From an uncultured Nitrososphaerales archaeon (GTDB taxonomy: Archaea; Thermoproteota; Nitrososphaeria; Nitrososphaerales; Nitrososphaeraceae): a stretch of 64,000 nucleotides of DNA. The notes under the pieces are model-generated. The model ran no database searches, had not been told where the DNA came from, and saw only the letters and a program-made list of their open reading frames with translations. The stretch lies in NCBI GenBank assembly GCA_963695855.1, contig CAVOHZ010000010.1:992001-1056000 (forward strand), read 5' to 3'. This document shows positions 11,045 through 22,626 of the stretch, piece after piece. Position 1 is the first letter of the stretch. The number at the start of each line of letters is the position of its first letter. Both the position numbers and the translations under genes were made by a program.

Positions 11045-12091
11045 CTATTGTGTTCCTTGACTTTCTCTTTATTTTTAGAGCAAGAAATAATAGATGAGGT
11101 TGCAGATGATACTTATTATTATGAAGATGATTATGTAAAAGACTATGAAGATGAATACTTTCACAAAAATCAGGTAAAAATTAAGGAAATAAATGAAATG
11201 ATACTCCATAATAATGAAATCATTGCAAAACAAGATTTAGACAAAGAGAATTTTCGTGATGGTTTTTCAAACCGTGAATCGAAGATAATTGATATAGTTT
11301 TTGTTTCGCCTACTTTTACGATGGGTGCATATGATGATTCTTTTTATAATTTCTTTCGATCTCATTCTGATATACAAGCTGGACAATGTGTATCTGCAGA
11401 TATTCATCTTTTGTCCTCTCAAGTTCCATCAGGAATAGACGCTATGAATAATTACAAATCCATAGCATTACACAAGATAGAGATCATCTTTCTTTTCTTC
11501 TTCCATAGTCATTTTTTGATTATCTGGACGATAAAATGGTCCAAGGGTTAATCTTTGAAGCAAATAATGCAAATATGTATGACATTATCATTCTAGTTCA
11601 TCAAGAATATGTTCCTCAATAAGGATATAGTAATTTTAAAACAATTGTAGAAAATGGAGGAATAACGATCCTTTTATACTCAAACACATTTTATGCAGAA
11701 GTTGACTACGATAATATTAATAATCAAATTAATCTAATCAAGGGACATTATTGGACCTTCTATGGACAAAAAGCGTGGAGAGATGTTAAAGAAAGAGAGG
11801 CACAAAAGACTACAGAATGTGTAGGTAGTAATTTTGGCTGTGCTAGTTGTACAGTTACTTTCCATAATAATCCAATTTCGTATACTCATTATGAAGGAAA
11901 TTATGTTATAATCTGAATGTTAGGATTTTAATAGATTACCAAGATAAATCAGATTTTGATTATTTTATAGCAGCTTATGACTTAGGATATGGTCAAGGAA
12001 AGGTAATTAATCTGGGATATTTGGTGAGGATATAATAAATAATCACAGTTTCTTGAATTTTTTTGATAATGTAATACTGTCTAATATATAG
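11045..12091 (+). pseudogene. Decayed secreted protein (GATase-like / dimethylformamidase beta-subunit-like domain)
   Basis: ORF 11006..11551 (PTFTMGAYDDSFYNFF) continues past a frameshift as DIIILVHQEYVPQ*GYSNFKTIVENGG...NTFYAEV...LIKGHYWTF...GQGKV, with stops and further shifts. Confidence 0.65.
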
Positions 12092-12286
12092 AATTACAGT
12101 CATAAAACTAAAATTTTAATGAAAGTATTTTAGGATTGAAATATCGGTATAAAATACTATATTGCTTTACCGTATTTTTTTATCAACTATAATAAGCTTC
12201 AAATGGAGATTAATTTCATTTACATTATTGCTCGAACCTTCACTCTAGAACCAAGACTTTCTATGATAACAATGTTCAAGGAAAAT

Positions 12287-12583
12287 TTATTTTTTCTCTT
12301 TCCTTTCTATCAATTCTTTAAAAAATTGAATTAATCTGCCATCAAATCCATAATTATAAGTTAACAAGTCTTTAATTTTCTCTATACAATCTAAACATAC
12401 GTTGTAATATTTTACTGCATCATCGTTATCAATATCTTGTTTAATGTCACCTGGGATCATTTTGGTTTTAGTACTAGTTACAGTAAGATATTCTGCTGTT
12501 TTAATTTCATTATTACAAACATCGCAATTATTGTCTTGTTCTTCTGTTACTACATCTTTTGTACTTGAAATATCTTCAATCAT
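12287..12583 (-). CDS. Hypothetical protein with two CxxC pairs (possible Zn finger)
   Basis: CDVC ... CLDC; 98 aa. Confidence 0.6.
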   Translation of the reverse strand: MIEDISSTKDVVTEEQDNNCDVCNNEIKTAEYLTVTSTKTKMIPGDIKQDIDNDDAVKYYNVCLDCIEKIKDLLTYNYGFDGRLIQFFKELIERKEKK

Positions 12584-13011
12584 ATTAGATTGTTAGGTAT
12601 AACGATCCCAAATAGTTTTTCTTTTATTTTTAGTCAATTCAATTCATTGTTTCGATTAACATTGCTTTTTAATCTGGAGAATCTGTCTATTTGCGATCAA
12701 GTAAATTCAAGATTAATTTGGCTGTTATTTTGGATGAAATTATATTTTTTTGTTGTGGTTTTGTAAAAATAGATGAATAATCTATTTCAATTGTATCTTT
12801 GTTATAGAAAATAATCTGTTTTGTTCTTTTTACAGATATACTATGCATAAGGTTTTCTGTCCTTTTCTTGAAATACAGCATTATATCTAAATAAGGTTTA
12901 TACCTAAAATAACTTAATCTAAGTTTTGGATGTGAAAAAGCATAATCGTGTGGATGCAGGTATTAACAAAAATGATAATAGCCTTATTAGGTTTGATAAT
13001 CCTTTAAATTC

Positions 13012-13614
13012 ATGACTCAAGAATTCGAATCAATAAAAAAAAGAAACCTCCGATACAATATAAATCCAATATTTGTAAATAGATGGTCTCCACGATCAAT
13101 GTCAGGAGAGGAAATTTCTCACGATGATCTTATGGGACTATTTGAAGCTGCAAGATGGGCTCCTTCCTCATACAATAATCAACCATGGAGATTTATTTAC
13201 GCGAAGAGAAATACCGAAAATTGGGATAGGATTTATTCTTTAATGGTCGAAGGAAATAAAATTTGGGCTAAAAATGCTTCTGTGTTAGTTGTTGTCGTTT
13301 CAAGAAGAGATTTTGAATATAACGAAAAACCTGCCAGGACCTATCAATTCGATGCTGGTTCTGCATGGGAAAATCTAGCTTTAGAAGCTACATCACGTGG
13401 CTTAGCTACTCATGCAATGCAAGGATTTGATTACGATAAAGCAAAAGTAGATTTAGAAGTTCCCGAAAATTTTGATGTTATGACAATGATTGCAATTGGA
13501 AAAAGAGGTCAAAAAGAAAGTCTTCCATCCAATCTTCAGAAAAATGAATATCCAACCGATAGAAAACCATTGGAAGAAATAGTGATGGAAGGTAGATTCA
13601 AAACAAAGAAGTAG
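13012..13614 (+). CDS. Nitroreductase family protein
   Basis: RWSPR, AARWAPSSYNNQPWRF, FDAGSAW, HAMQGFD. Confidence 0.93.
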   Translation: MTQEFESIKKRNLRYNINPIFVNRWSPRSMSGEEISHDDLMGLFEAARWAPSSYNNQPWRFIYAKRNTENWDRIYSLMVEGNKIWAKNASVLVVVVSRRDFEYNEKPARTYQFDAGSAWENLALEATSRGLATHAMQGFDYDKAKVDLEVPENFDVMTMIAIGKRGQKESLPSNLQKNEYPTDRKPLEEIVMEGRFKTKK

Positions 13615-14540
13615 AAATAGCATAAAATAGCTTCCTCGCTTTTCTTTGAGAATTCATATTATTAATTATAGCAATAAAAAATTTTACAAATATAAGAAAG
13701 TTATAATATCTTTAAATTTTTTCAAATTTAGGAAAATTGATATTGAAAAATATATCATATATCTAATCCAACAGCCACATATTATCAGACATAAAGTCGC
13801 ATGTCTTCCCATAATGCGAATTAAGATACAGAGCAAGGGAATTAAATTAGTATTTTATGTGAAGCAATTTTCTACTGTCAAGTGAAAACAATATTATTTG
13901 AAAATATATGTTGTATATCCTAGGAGAAAACTATGAATTGTGACACAGAGAGCTAAATAGATATGGTTTCAAATTTTGATATAAACAGAAAATCTTTCTT
14001 GGATTTTGTTTGTGTCGGAGATTCTAAATTTTCTCATATTATGCCATCGTCGCAAATTTATATTCTTAATAAAAGATATTAATTTTACTTTTATAGCCTC
14101 TTCTGGCTAGATTTCTTGTACTGGAGATATTGATACTTGTTTCAAGATTTTATATGTCTGTTGAATAATTCAAATATAAAATCTAAAAGTTTGCACAATC
14201 CTTTAAACAAAAAATGTAGACAACATTTTGGAGTTACATATTATCTATCTTTCCCACCTTGTGTATTAATATAAAATTATGATTTTTGGTTATTGGATAG
14301 CTCTTTATTTTTTGAAATGTTTATATTTATCAGATTATAGGCTTATGAAGAAACTCTAGAAAAATGGAGTAAAAATTTAGTTTAAGTATACCTACAAAAT
14401 CGTTACTACCGTGTTCCTACCTAAAAATCATAAACCCTAAAGTATTATTTATATTCCAGATATTCTGATTCTTATGTATACTTCTAAAGATACATATTAG
14501 TATATAAAATAATTATTTGGCCTTGTCTAAAATTTTGTTT

Positions 14541-15227
14541 TTACGGCTTTTTATTTAAGACGATAGTTGTGGTAAGCATTGAAGTGTTGGGAATAAGGAC
14601 TGTTTTATTATCATTAGTCATTAATTTTGTTGAAATCAATCCAATATCAAAAATTATACCCGTATTGTTAAATGCAGTAATTTCTTCTCCGATTTTAAAT
14701 GGCCTAATTATTGCTAGATATAATCCTGCAATGATATTTCCTAATATATTCTGGGAAGCGAATCCTACTACTAACGCAGAGATAGTTCCTATCGATGCCG
14801 CAATGATAGGATCGTGACTTAAATATGTAATTATAATTGCGATTATTATTACTGCACCTAAAATTCTCATGAGAATTCTTATGGAATTAGATGCATCCTT
14901 CAAATAATCAATTGTGAGATCACGAAATGCATTACTAACTACCTCTATAACAAAATAACCTATTAACGCTACTTCGAGAGATTGTAATATCGTAAGATAT
15001 TCTTTAGATATTATAGCCGTTAAATAATAATGGATTGTAAGAGATATTGCTGTGAAGATAATTGCCAAAACAATAATTCTTTTTACGAGTTTTAATTTAG
15101 TTTGTCTTATTTTTTGTTGATCATTTTGTGAATCCTCAATGGTATTCTTGTCGAAATGTTCATATTTGTCATCACCGGCATTCATACAAAATAACCTAGA
15201 ACCAAGCGAAATAAGTTTGTTGGTCAT
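14541..15227 (-). CDS. Small-conductance mechanosensitive channel (MscS family, short form)
   Basis: GFASQNILGNIIAG, RPFKIGE, IPN motifs; start may be the internal Met (MNAGDD). Confidence 0.88.
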   Translation of the reverse strand: MTNKLISLGSRLFCMNAGDDKYEHFDKNTIEDSQNDQQKIRQTKLKLVKRIIVLAIIFTAISLTIHYYLTAIISKEYLTILQSLEVALIGYFVIEVVSNAFRDLTIDYLKDASNSIRILMRILGAVIIIAIIITYLSHDPIIAASIGTISALVVGFASQNILGNIIAGLYLAIIRPFKIGEEITAFNNTGIIFDIGLISTKLMTNDNKTVLIPNTSMLTTTIVLNKKP

Positions 15228-16668
15228 AAAAATATTGAGATACAGAAGCTAAAAAAAATTAATCATAAAGATTTGATATTATCTTCTCGTTGGTAGAATA
15301 AACTAAGGAATAGAGAACGGGTAATTTCGTAATTAATAATAGAGTAGGACTTTGAATACATGAAAATCTTTGGTAACAATTCCAATTGTATTCAGGCTAA
15401 ATTCAAAATTAATATATTCCGTATAAGAGGGAGGATCTAACTGAACCGATATATAAGTTCGATTTTATATACATTAACATTTTCTTTAATATAGAGTAAA
15501 TCTATGCTACCTCTGTTTGGAAGCACCTAGTAAGAGAACGAGTATGCAGCAAGAACGCTATATCTTTTATGGCTTAAATTCAACATCCATGAAAATACAT
15601 TGGTCACAGATCATTTTTATGTTCCTGTCAAGCGTATATTCTATTATAATTCATAGTATTAAAAATTGTCTAAAATAGCATATGCTAGTTTTCTATATTT
15701 TACTTATTCTTTGTTTTCTTTTACGTTATTTTTATTTGGGCTTGAAAGTGGCAAAAATCCATTGACTTTCTTTATGAGGTAATTGTACAGTCGCTCAACT
15801 TTGGGATAAATCTATTATCATTTGTATGTTTTTGTGTGAAAAAGGAGGAATCATAACTTTTAGTAATTCCGGAGTTAAAAAAGAATAAAATAAATTATTC
15901 ATTTTCTTCGTTCATGAAATCTGTGCGTTGGTGGGTCTCAATAATGAGTTTATGCTAAATGTACCTTCCTTCAATTAGCTTATCTTTTTTTATAACAGGA
16001 AATATTATCTGCATATTGACTTAAATGGATTAAGGGTAGAATTGCATCTTAATGGTAAAAGTTCTAGTTACGGTTTACAAGCCAAAGTGATCTCTGATAA
16101 CACTGATCAATATAAATCCTATAAATGCAAGTGAAAAGATAGAGATTGTATATGATAATATTTTACTTTTAAAGTTTTTACTAATTTTTGTTGTGAATGA
16201 AAATACGCTCATGTTATCTATATAGGTCTAAAAGTAGTACATACATATGAATTTTTAATATTTAATAATGTTATATAAGAATAGTATATTGTCAGATAAA
16301 AATGTTCTATGAAACTAAGCCCTAATTTTCACTCTACTCTTTGTATAAGATGGGAGTATATGGGAAGAGCCAAGTTCAGCTCATCAACTGTCAGGCGAAT
16401 AGTCATAGTCACATAAATTGACTGTGATGCCATGTACTATTAATGAATATTAAATTTATAATATAACAATTTTAATTTTTATATAAAAATTACGAGAAAT
16501 CATGGATACTATAATGATTAAAACCAAATTATCATTTTTACATGTCTTATTCATCTAATTAGCAGTAATTCCTATGTCTGTTATGTTTTTAAACTAAAGA
16601 AATATAGAAATTTAACATCTTTTACTCATTATTTGTATTTTTGTTCAAAAATTTAAGTGCGACCATTG

Positions 16669-17853
16669 TCAATTCCAATGAACTAGACTTTTTGCTTTTT
16701 CGCGTAACTTCTCATCAAATGTTTTAATATCAATGTCTTTGAAGGGCTTTATTTTTTCAAGTACAGGTGGTTCACCTCCTTCTTCTATTGTGGATTTATT
16801 CCTCAATTCCTCAATTATTTTTTCCTGCAATTTGGGATGACAGATCTTGCTATGATAAATACATCCCAAAGAACCATTGATCATCTCTTTCAAATGAGCG
16901 TCTCCTTTCTCCTCATGAAAATGGGGGTTTCTTGTTTCGACTTGCATAACTTCTATTCCTTTATCCATTGCATCTTGATAATCAGTAGGTAAAATTCCTC
17001 CAAATTCCTCTAATAAATCCACTATTTCATAAGTCTCAACAGAGAACCCCGACGAGAAACTCATCAATTCTGCAAGCTTGAGTGAAATACAATGTTCACC
17101 AGAATTTCCTGTCCTGACAACTTCTGTTTCAAATCCGGTATAATAGGAAATAAGTGAATTTAAAAAATAGTTAGTTATCTCTGACACTCTTCCCCATTTT
17201 GAAAAATAAATTCCGCTTTCAGATATTTTTGGTTTATAAATCCAAGACACTCTTATCATTTTGTATGGTGTATTGGACATAGCTATTCCTGCAGAGAATA
17301 TCTTTACATATTCATTAACAGCTCCTGGAACATAATTATCACCATCAATAAAACCAACATAATCTTTTTCAGCCATTTTTGCAAGTAACATTCCCAATAT
17401 CATGCCTTCTGCCTTTCCATTTCTCACTAAATTATCCTGCCCAAGCAAATCAGTGTAACCTACATCTCTTAATGTCTCCGCAACTCCCTCGTCTCTCTGG
17501 TGAAGAATTAATGCATTCTTATTTGCGAATCTGTTGAATTGTTCGAGAGATTCTTTTTCTAATTTGTATCTGTCTACTGGTTGTCTTGGACTATTAGATA
17601 AAATTATTGTCATACAATCATGAGGAATACCGCTTAAAACTCCTTCTAATAACTTTAATCTCTCATTCCTGATGGGAATAACAATGGCCATTTTACTTTC
17701 AATTTCAGATATTTCTTCATCTCCTATCGCAACAATATGCTCGGAAACTTTTTTTCCTTTCTCCATTCCTGAATCAAGTTCAAAGACTCTCTGAACGCCG
17801 TGCAAACTTATAGAACCAAATCTTTCAGTATAACGTGGTAAATCTAATTTCAT
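16669..17853 (-). CDS. mpgS: Mannosyl-3-phosphoglycerate synthase (GT55)
   Basis: LLEGVLSGIPH, VRNGKAEGM, YVGFIDGDNYVPGAVNEY, KWGRVSE, ETRNPHFHEEKG. Confidence 0.93.
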   Translation of the reverse strand: MKLDLPRYTERFGSISLHGVQRVFELDSGMEKGKKVSEHIVAIGDEEISEIESKMAIVIPIRNERLKLLEGVLSGIPHDCMTIILSNSPRQPVDRYKLEKESLEQFNRFANKNALILHQRDEGVAETLRDVGYTDLLGQDNLVRNGKAEGMILGMLLAKMAEKDYVGFIDGDNYVPGAVNEYVKIFSAGIAMSNTPYKMIRVSWIYKPKISESGIYFSKWGRVSEITNYFLNSLISYYTGFETEVVRTGNSGEHCISLKLAELMSFSSGFSVETYEIVDLLEEFGGILPTDYQDAMDKGIEVMQVETRNPHFHEEKGDAHLKEMINGSLGCIYHSKICHPKLQEKIIEELRNKSTIEEGGEPPVLEKIKPFKDIDIKTFDEKLREKAKSLVHWN

Positions 17854-17952
17854 TTTATTCTGACCCCAGCAAAACTTTTATAATTTAAGAAAGAAATAAT
17901 GAATATCATAATATTACTATCAATTAGACAAGTCAGACATTTTAATAGTTTG

Positions 17953-18123
17953 CTAATTATAAAATTGATTTAATTTGTTTTTGAAAGGCTTTCTATTTTC
18001 TCTGATTTTAATTTTCTTACATTTATAAATCGATTCTTCTTTTTCTAAAATTTTTAACAGTTTAATTAAAGATCTTTCATCAATTAATGATTTTAATACT
18101 CTCTCTACATCCTTATCGTTCAA
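17953..18123 (-). CDS. Possible small basic protein (56 aa, TTG start), not in ORF track
   Basis: MNDKDVERVLKSLIDERSLIKLLKILEKEESIYKCKKIKIRENRKPFKNKLNQFYN; co-oriented between the two flanking genes. Confidence 0.35.
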   Translation of the reverse strand: MNDKDVERVLKSLIDERSLIKLLKILEKEESIYKCKKIKIRENRKPFKNKLNQFYN

Positions 18124-18297
18124 TATATTTTAACAAGAAATATGTTATTTAACGAGTATTCAATCAAATAATAATACTTTTTTCAATACTTTTTTCGATA
18201 TAAAAATTCAAAAAAAAGTTATATGTTTTAATGATTATTAAACATCGTTTAATATGGCTTAAATAATTCTTAATCTTCATAATTACCATTCATTTGA

Positions 18298-19131
18298 TTA
18301 CATTTTTTTGTGAGACTTAGCGAAATTCATTCTTAAACTTCTGGCTATTAAAAAGGGAGTAATTAGAAGCACAGGAATGCTTAATAATATAAATAAAGTT
18401 TGGAAAGGAGCCAATAAAGATACAGATGCAGTACCTGCAGAGAATCCGAATATTGTTGTTATGATACTTCCTGCACATGTAGGACAGCCAATAAAAAGAC
18501 CACAAGTTGCACCTACACTACCTAATAAATGTGATTTTTTTTCTTCTTTTAATTTTCTTAAGGTAAAAATATTCAAGGAGGCATTAAATCCTACTAACAT
18601 GGATACGATTAAAGCTAATAACATATTGATTGGTATCAATAAAATAAAAAAATGTGTTGTTAAATAAATATAGGCCATAGGAACATAACCTATTGTATTA
18701 CAACAGGGAATAATCTTAATATATGGATATTTACTTGCTGTTTCGGGTAGCAATTGAGTGGAATTATAAACAAATATCTGTGAAAGAAAAGCAAAAATTA
18801 AACCATATAGGATTGCAATTAAAATCATTATCAAAATGTATTTCTTATTTTTTTTAAAAGGTAACGAAATATAGGATAATACCAGATCTTTCTTATATTG
18901 ATTATTACTAGTATAAAGTTTCCATAATCCAAAACAAATTCCCAATGATGAAATAAAGGTAATAGTTATTACAGCTACTGATAGATTATATAATGACTCT
19001 GTAAAGATAATAGTATCACTGAAATTTGGATTAGTAAGTTTTGAGAAGAGAAAAAAGGTAATACCAATTGAGATAAGACTGGTAAGAATAACTCTTAAAC
19101 CCTCTATACGAACTAATCTCTGAATTTTCAT
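18298..19131 (-). CDS. Membrane protein with CC and CPTC motifs
   Basis: 6-7 hydrophobic helices; PCC and GCPTCAG motifs. Confidence 0.8.
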   Translation of the reverse strand: MKIQRLVRIEGLRVILTSLISIGITFFLFSKLTNPNFSDTIIFTESLYNLSVAVITITFISSLGICFGLWKLYTSNNQYKKDLVLSYISLPFKKNKKYILIMILIAILYGLIFAFLSQIFVYNSTQLLPETASKYPYIKIIPCCNTIGYVPMAYIYLTTHFFILLIPINMLLALIVSMLVGFNASLNIFTLRKLKEEKKSHLLGSVGATCGLFIGCPTCAGSIITTIFGFSAGTASVSLLAPFQTLFILLSIPVLLITPFLIARSLRMNFAKSHKKM

Positions 19132-19260
19132 TCTTTATATTTAATCATAAGATAAAAAGAAACCGCAATTAAATTTTTTCACATAAATAATTACTACTGT
19201 ATTAATTGAATTAATTAAAATAAGACTTATTTTTTAGTTCATATATATAAAAATTGTAAT

Positions 19261-19688
19261 ATGAATAATTTTCCAACTTTAGATGATGACTTTATTGATG
19301 TAGAGATTACGAATATTGGTTATGCCGATAGTATGGGACTAGAAGGTTTCTTAGTTTTAAATCACTTGAAGGGGACGAATTTCCAATTAATGCTTTTTCT
19401 GGTGAAGTTGCTAAACATATTTTAAGATTTAGACAAGGTGATAAGAATACTATTCCTACCATTTACAACCTAGTGGAGGAAATAGCAGTACTCCAGGATC
19501 TTTTACTAATGGAGATTAGAATTTATTTAAGTGGTTCAGTATTGCGTGCGAATTTGTATTTTCGAGGAAGAAAGGACAATCTTATATTGAGAAATTACCG
19601 TGCATCTGACGCCATTGCATTAGCTTCATATTACGAAGTTCCAATTAAAGTGAGAAAAAACCTTTTCAAAGAAAAAATACAACAATAG
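19261..19688 (+). pseudogene. Bifunctional nuclease (DUF151) family protein with one frameshift
   Basis: MNNFPTLDDDFIDVEITNIG...GFLVL shifts -1 at 19356-19362 to KSLEGDEFPINAFSGE...RASDAIALA. Confidence 0.75.
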
Positions 19689-19815
19689 ACTTACCATCTT
19701 CAATAAAAACAAAAATAAGATTATATTTGCAGAATGATGCGCAAGTAAAAAAATATTTAATATTACATATCTTGCATTATAAAAACAATTAATACTTTTT
19801 TTATTATGTTAAATT

Positions 19816-21051
19816 ATGTTAAATTTTATAGGCGAAATAACTGATCCCATTCATAGATATATCCGATTTACAGAGTTAGAAAGAGAAATTATCGATACGC
19901 CTGTCTTTCAAAGACTGAGAAAAATTAGACAGCTTGCTGGTGCCCATTTGGTTTATCCTAGTGCACAACACACAAGATTCGAACACTCATTGGGAACTAT
20001 GCATTTAGCGGGACTAGCAGGACAAACTCTTTTAGACAAAGGATATATAGAAAAAAAAGATCAACTTGAAGGTCTACGTTTAGCTGCACTTCTTCATGAC
20101 ATTGGTCATGGGCCCTTTTCGCATCTATTTGAAGAAGTTCTAATTGGTAGTGGCATGCCAACTAATAGTCATGAAAATATGGGGAAAAAAATCATAAGAG
20201 AAACAATGATCAAAGATATATTGGAAAAATATGGATATGATTCTGACTGTATATGTAATCTATCTTTTGGAGAATCTCCGATTATGTTTTATAATGAGAT
20301 AATAGCTGGTGGACTTTCTTCTGATATAATGGATTACTTGCCCAGAGACAGCTTTTTTACTGGGGTAGAATACGGTAAAATTGATTATTATAGGCTAATA
20401 AGCTCCTTTGAGGTTTTATCTAATGGTCATCTAGGAATAAATAAATCTGCCATAAATTCCCTCGAATCCATGCTAATTTCTAGATATCAGATGTTTAAGG
20501 CAGTTTATTTTCATAAAACGGTTAGATCTGCAGAAGTCATGTTACTTCATTCACTTTTACTCGCAGACAGACAACTAAATTTCTCTGATTTATCTGTGGA
20601 TGAATATATTGAATACACTGATGATAAAACGATTGATATCATACTCTCTCTAAAAAATAACGATCGTGCTGTAAAATTAGCTAAGGATTATAAAAATAGA
20701 ATATTATTAAAATGTGTTTATGAAAAGTTTCTTCAAAATAAAGATAGATCAAATAATATAAAATTAACAAAAAGTCAAAATGATGTTTTTAACAGAATAA
20801 TAAAATCACTGAAAATTGAAAATGATATCGTCTTTATAGATATCTCCAGGGCCCCATCCATGCCTTTGACTCCGTCAAAAGAAGAACTGAATTCAATAAT
20901 GTTAGTAGATAAAGATTCAGAGTTTGAAACCCGTACATCTGAAATTCCATTAATAGATTCGATAACTGGATTTCTAGATATGATTAGGATATATACCACA
21001 CAGGCTAATAGGGAAAAACTAGAAAAGGCTTTAAAAAATATTGATATATGA
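19816..21051 (+). CDS. HD-domain dNTP triphosphohydrolase-like protein
   Basis: DPIH, FQRLR.IRQL, HTRFEHSLG, LLHDIGHGPFSH, MDYLPRD, VYFHK. Confidence 0.92.
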   Translation: MLNFIGEITDPIHRYIRFTELEREIIDTPVFQRLRKIRQLAGAHLVYPSAQHTRFEHSLGTMHLAGLAGQTLLDKGYIEKKDQLEGLRLAALLHDIGHGPFSHLFEEVLIGSGMPTNSHENMGKKIIRETMIKDILEKYGYDSDCICNLSFGESPIMFYNEIIAGGLSSDIMDYLPRDSFFTGVEYGKIDYYRLISSFEVLSNGHLGINKSAINSLESMLISRYQMFKAVYFHKTVRSAEVMLLHSLLLADRQLNFSDLSVDEYIEYTDDKTIDIILSLKNNDRAVKLAKDYKNRILLKCVYEKFLQNKDRSNNIKLTKSQNDVFNRIIKSLKIENDIVFIDISRAPSMPLTPSKEELNSIMLVDKDSEFETRTSEIPLIDSITGFLDMIRIYTTQANREKLEKALKNIDI

Positions 21052-21054
21052 TAT

Positions 21055-21765
21055 ATGGAAGGAACAATGCATAATTACCAGAGAAACCGTGTTGTGATAA
21101 AATTAAGTGGAAGCGTTTTTCACAATGATAAAAATCAAGACCAAATTGAAGTTCTAAAAAAATATAGTTCCATGCTTATTGATATTAGTAATACTATTCA
21201 ACCAGTAGTAGTTACTGGCGGTGGACAAATTGCAAGGTTTTATATTAATACCGCCAGGAAATTAGGCCTAGATGAATCCAGTCTTGACCTAATGGGTATA
21301 GATGTATCCCGATTGAATGCTAAATTACTGATTTCATCTTTGGGAAGCCATGTTTATCCAAATGTTCCGAAATCATTAGATGAAATAAGCAATTTTATCG
21401 AAAGTAATAAAATAATAGTCTCAGGGGGATTGCATCCTGGTCAAAGTACTAACGCAACATCTGCCCTTATAGCTGAAAAAATAAAAGCAAACCAGTTTAT
21501 TAATGCGACAGATGTTGAAGGAATTTATGATTCTGACCCAAGGAAAAATCAAAATGCGAAACTTTATGAGAAAATTGAATTAGGAAGTTGTGTGAATATG
21601 CTATTAAATAGTAGTTCGATGGCTGGCGAATATGATTTGATGGACATTGTAGCTCTAAAGGTGATTGAAAGATCTAGAATTAGAACTAGAGTGATTCTTT
21701 CCTCACCTGAAAATATCAAAAATACTGTTGAAGGAAAAATCTTGGGAACAGAACTAGTAATATAA
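21055..21765 (+). CDS. pyrH: Uridylate kinase (archaeal type)
   Basis: VIKLSGS, VTGGG.IAR, GGLHPGQSTNA, DVEGIYDSDP. Confidence 0.93.
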   Translation: MEGTMHNYQRNRVVIKLSGSVFHNDKNQDQIEVLKKYSSMLIDISNTIQPVVVTGGGQIARFYINTARKLGLDESSLDLMGIDVSRLNAKLLISSLGSHVYPNVPKSLDEISNFIESNKIIVSGGLHPGQSTNATSALIAEKIKANQFINATDVEGIYDSDPRKNQNAKLYEKIELGSCVNMLLNSSSMAGEYDLMDIVALKVIERSRIRTRVILSSPENIKNTVEGKILGTELVI

Positions 21766-21767
21766 TT

Positions 21768-22085
21768 TTAAGATACAGTCTTTATTTCTCCTTTGTATGG
21801 ATGTATGCCGTCATCAATCATTTTCTTTATAATTTTTTTTCCTTCATTGAGACTCATTGGTTTAGACTGTGCTTTTGCGAATCCTTCGCTATCACATATG
21901 AAAATGATAATTTCATTTCCATTATTCAATTCTCCCACTAACATCTCTTCCCCTACTGGCTCAAATGACGATGCTCCAGTCTTTATCGTATATGTAAGCA
22001 TTGAAAAACCAGTATAGTCAAACAATTTCATTTGGGCCTTTCTTGACCTTTCTTGCCCTAGATGAGCTGCTTTATGATATTGCAT
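21768..22085 (-). CDS. Hypothetical protein
   Basis: 105-aa ORF with protein-like composition filling the gap after pyrH. Confidence 0.75.
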   Translation of the reverse strand: MQYHKAAHLGQERSRKAQMKLFDYTGFSMLTYTIKTGASSFEPVGEEMLVGELNNGNEIIIFICDSEGFAKAQSKPMSLNEGKKIIKKMIDDGIHPYKGEIKTVS

Positions 22086-22232
22086 GATATTTATTGTTTA
22101 TTCTGGATTTTATACTTATTTTTTAATTAGATTTTGTTTTTTTATAAAATAATCAAAATAACATTTAAAATAGTTGTTAATTCAAATTTAACACTTAAAT
22201 TATTATTCATATTACACTATAATGGAAAAATT

Positions 22233-22556
22233 ATGGTAATTGCAGATAATTTTTTAATGCAGATTCCCCTTGGTGTTGAATGGATATTTATAATAATAAT
22301 AATAGTCGTGTTGTTCTTTGGAGTTAAAAAAATTCCTGAATTAGCAAAATCTTTTGGGAAAGCCAAAGCTGAATTTGAGAAAGCCAAGTTAGAAGCAAAA
22401 AGAGAGCTTGAAAAGTATAAAAACGAAAATCCGAATGTTGGTAGAGAAAAGCTTGAATCAATAGCAGAAACATTGGGAATTGATTATACCAATAAAAATG
22501 ACGAGGAATTAAAACAAGCGATTGAGAAGGAAATTAATAAGAATAAGACAACCTAA
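22233..22556 (+). CDS. tatA: Twin-arginine translocase TatA/E subunit
   Basis: EWIFIIIIIVVLFFGVKKIPELAKSFG; start reassigned to ATG 22233. Confidence 0.88.
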   Translation: MVIADNFLMQIPLGVEWIFIIIIIVVLFFGVKKIPELAKSFGKAKAEFEKAKLEAKRELEKYKNENPNVGREKLESIAETLGIDYTNKNDEELKQAIEKEINKNKTT

Positions 22557-22626
22557 TTATTTTAATTAAATTATTATTTTTAAAAAAAACATTTTATTGC
22601 ACTAAAACTAATAATTTTTCATCATA

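Noticed and set aside
12687-13885. ORFs 12687..12881 and 13646..13885
   Set aside because: Composition mirrors AT-rich noncoding DNA; no motifs.
16401-16427. 9-bp inverted repeat TCATAGTCA/TGACTGTGA
   Set aside because: Isolated, short and not positioned at a promoter; compatible with chance.
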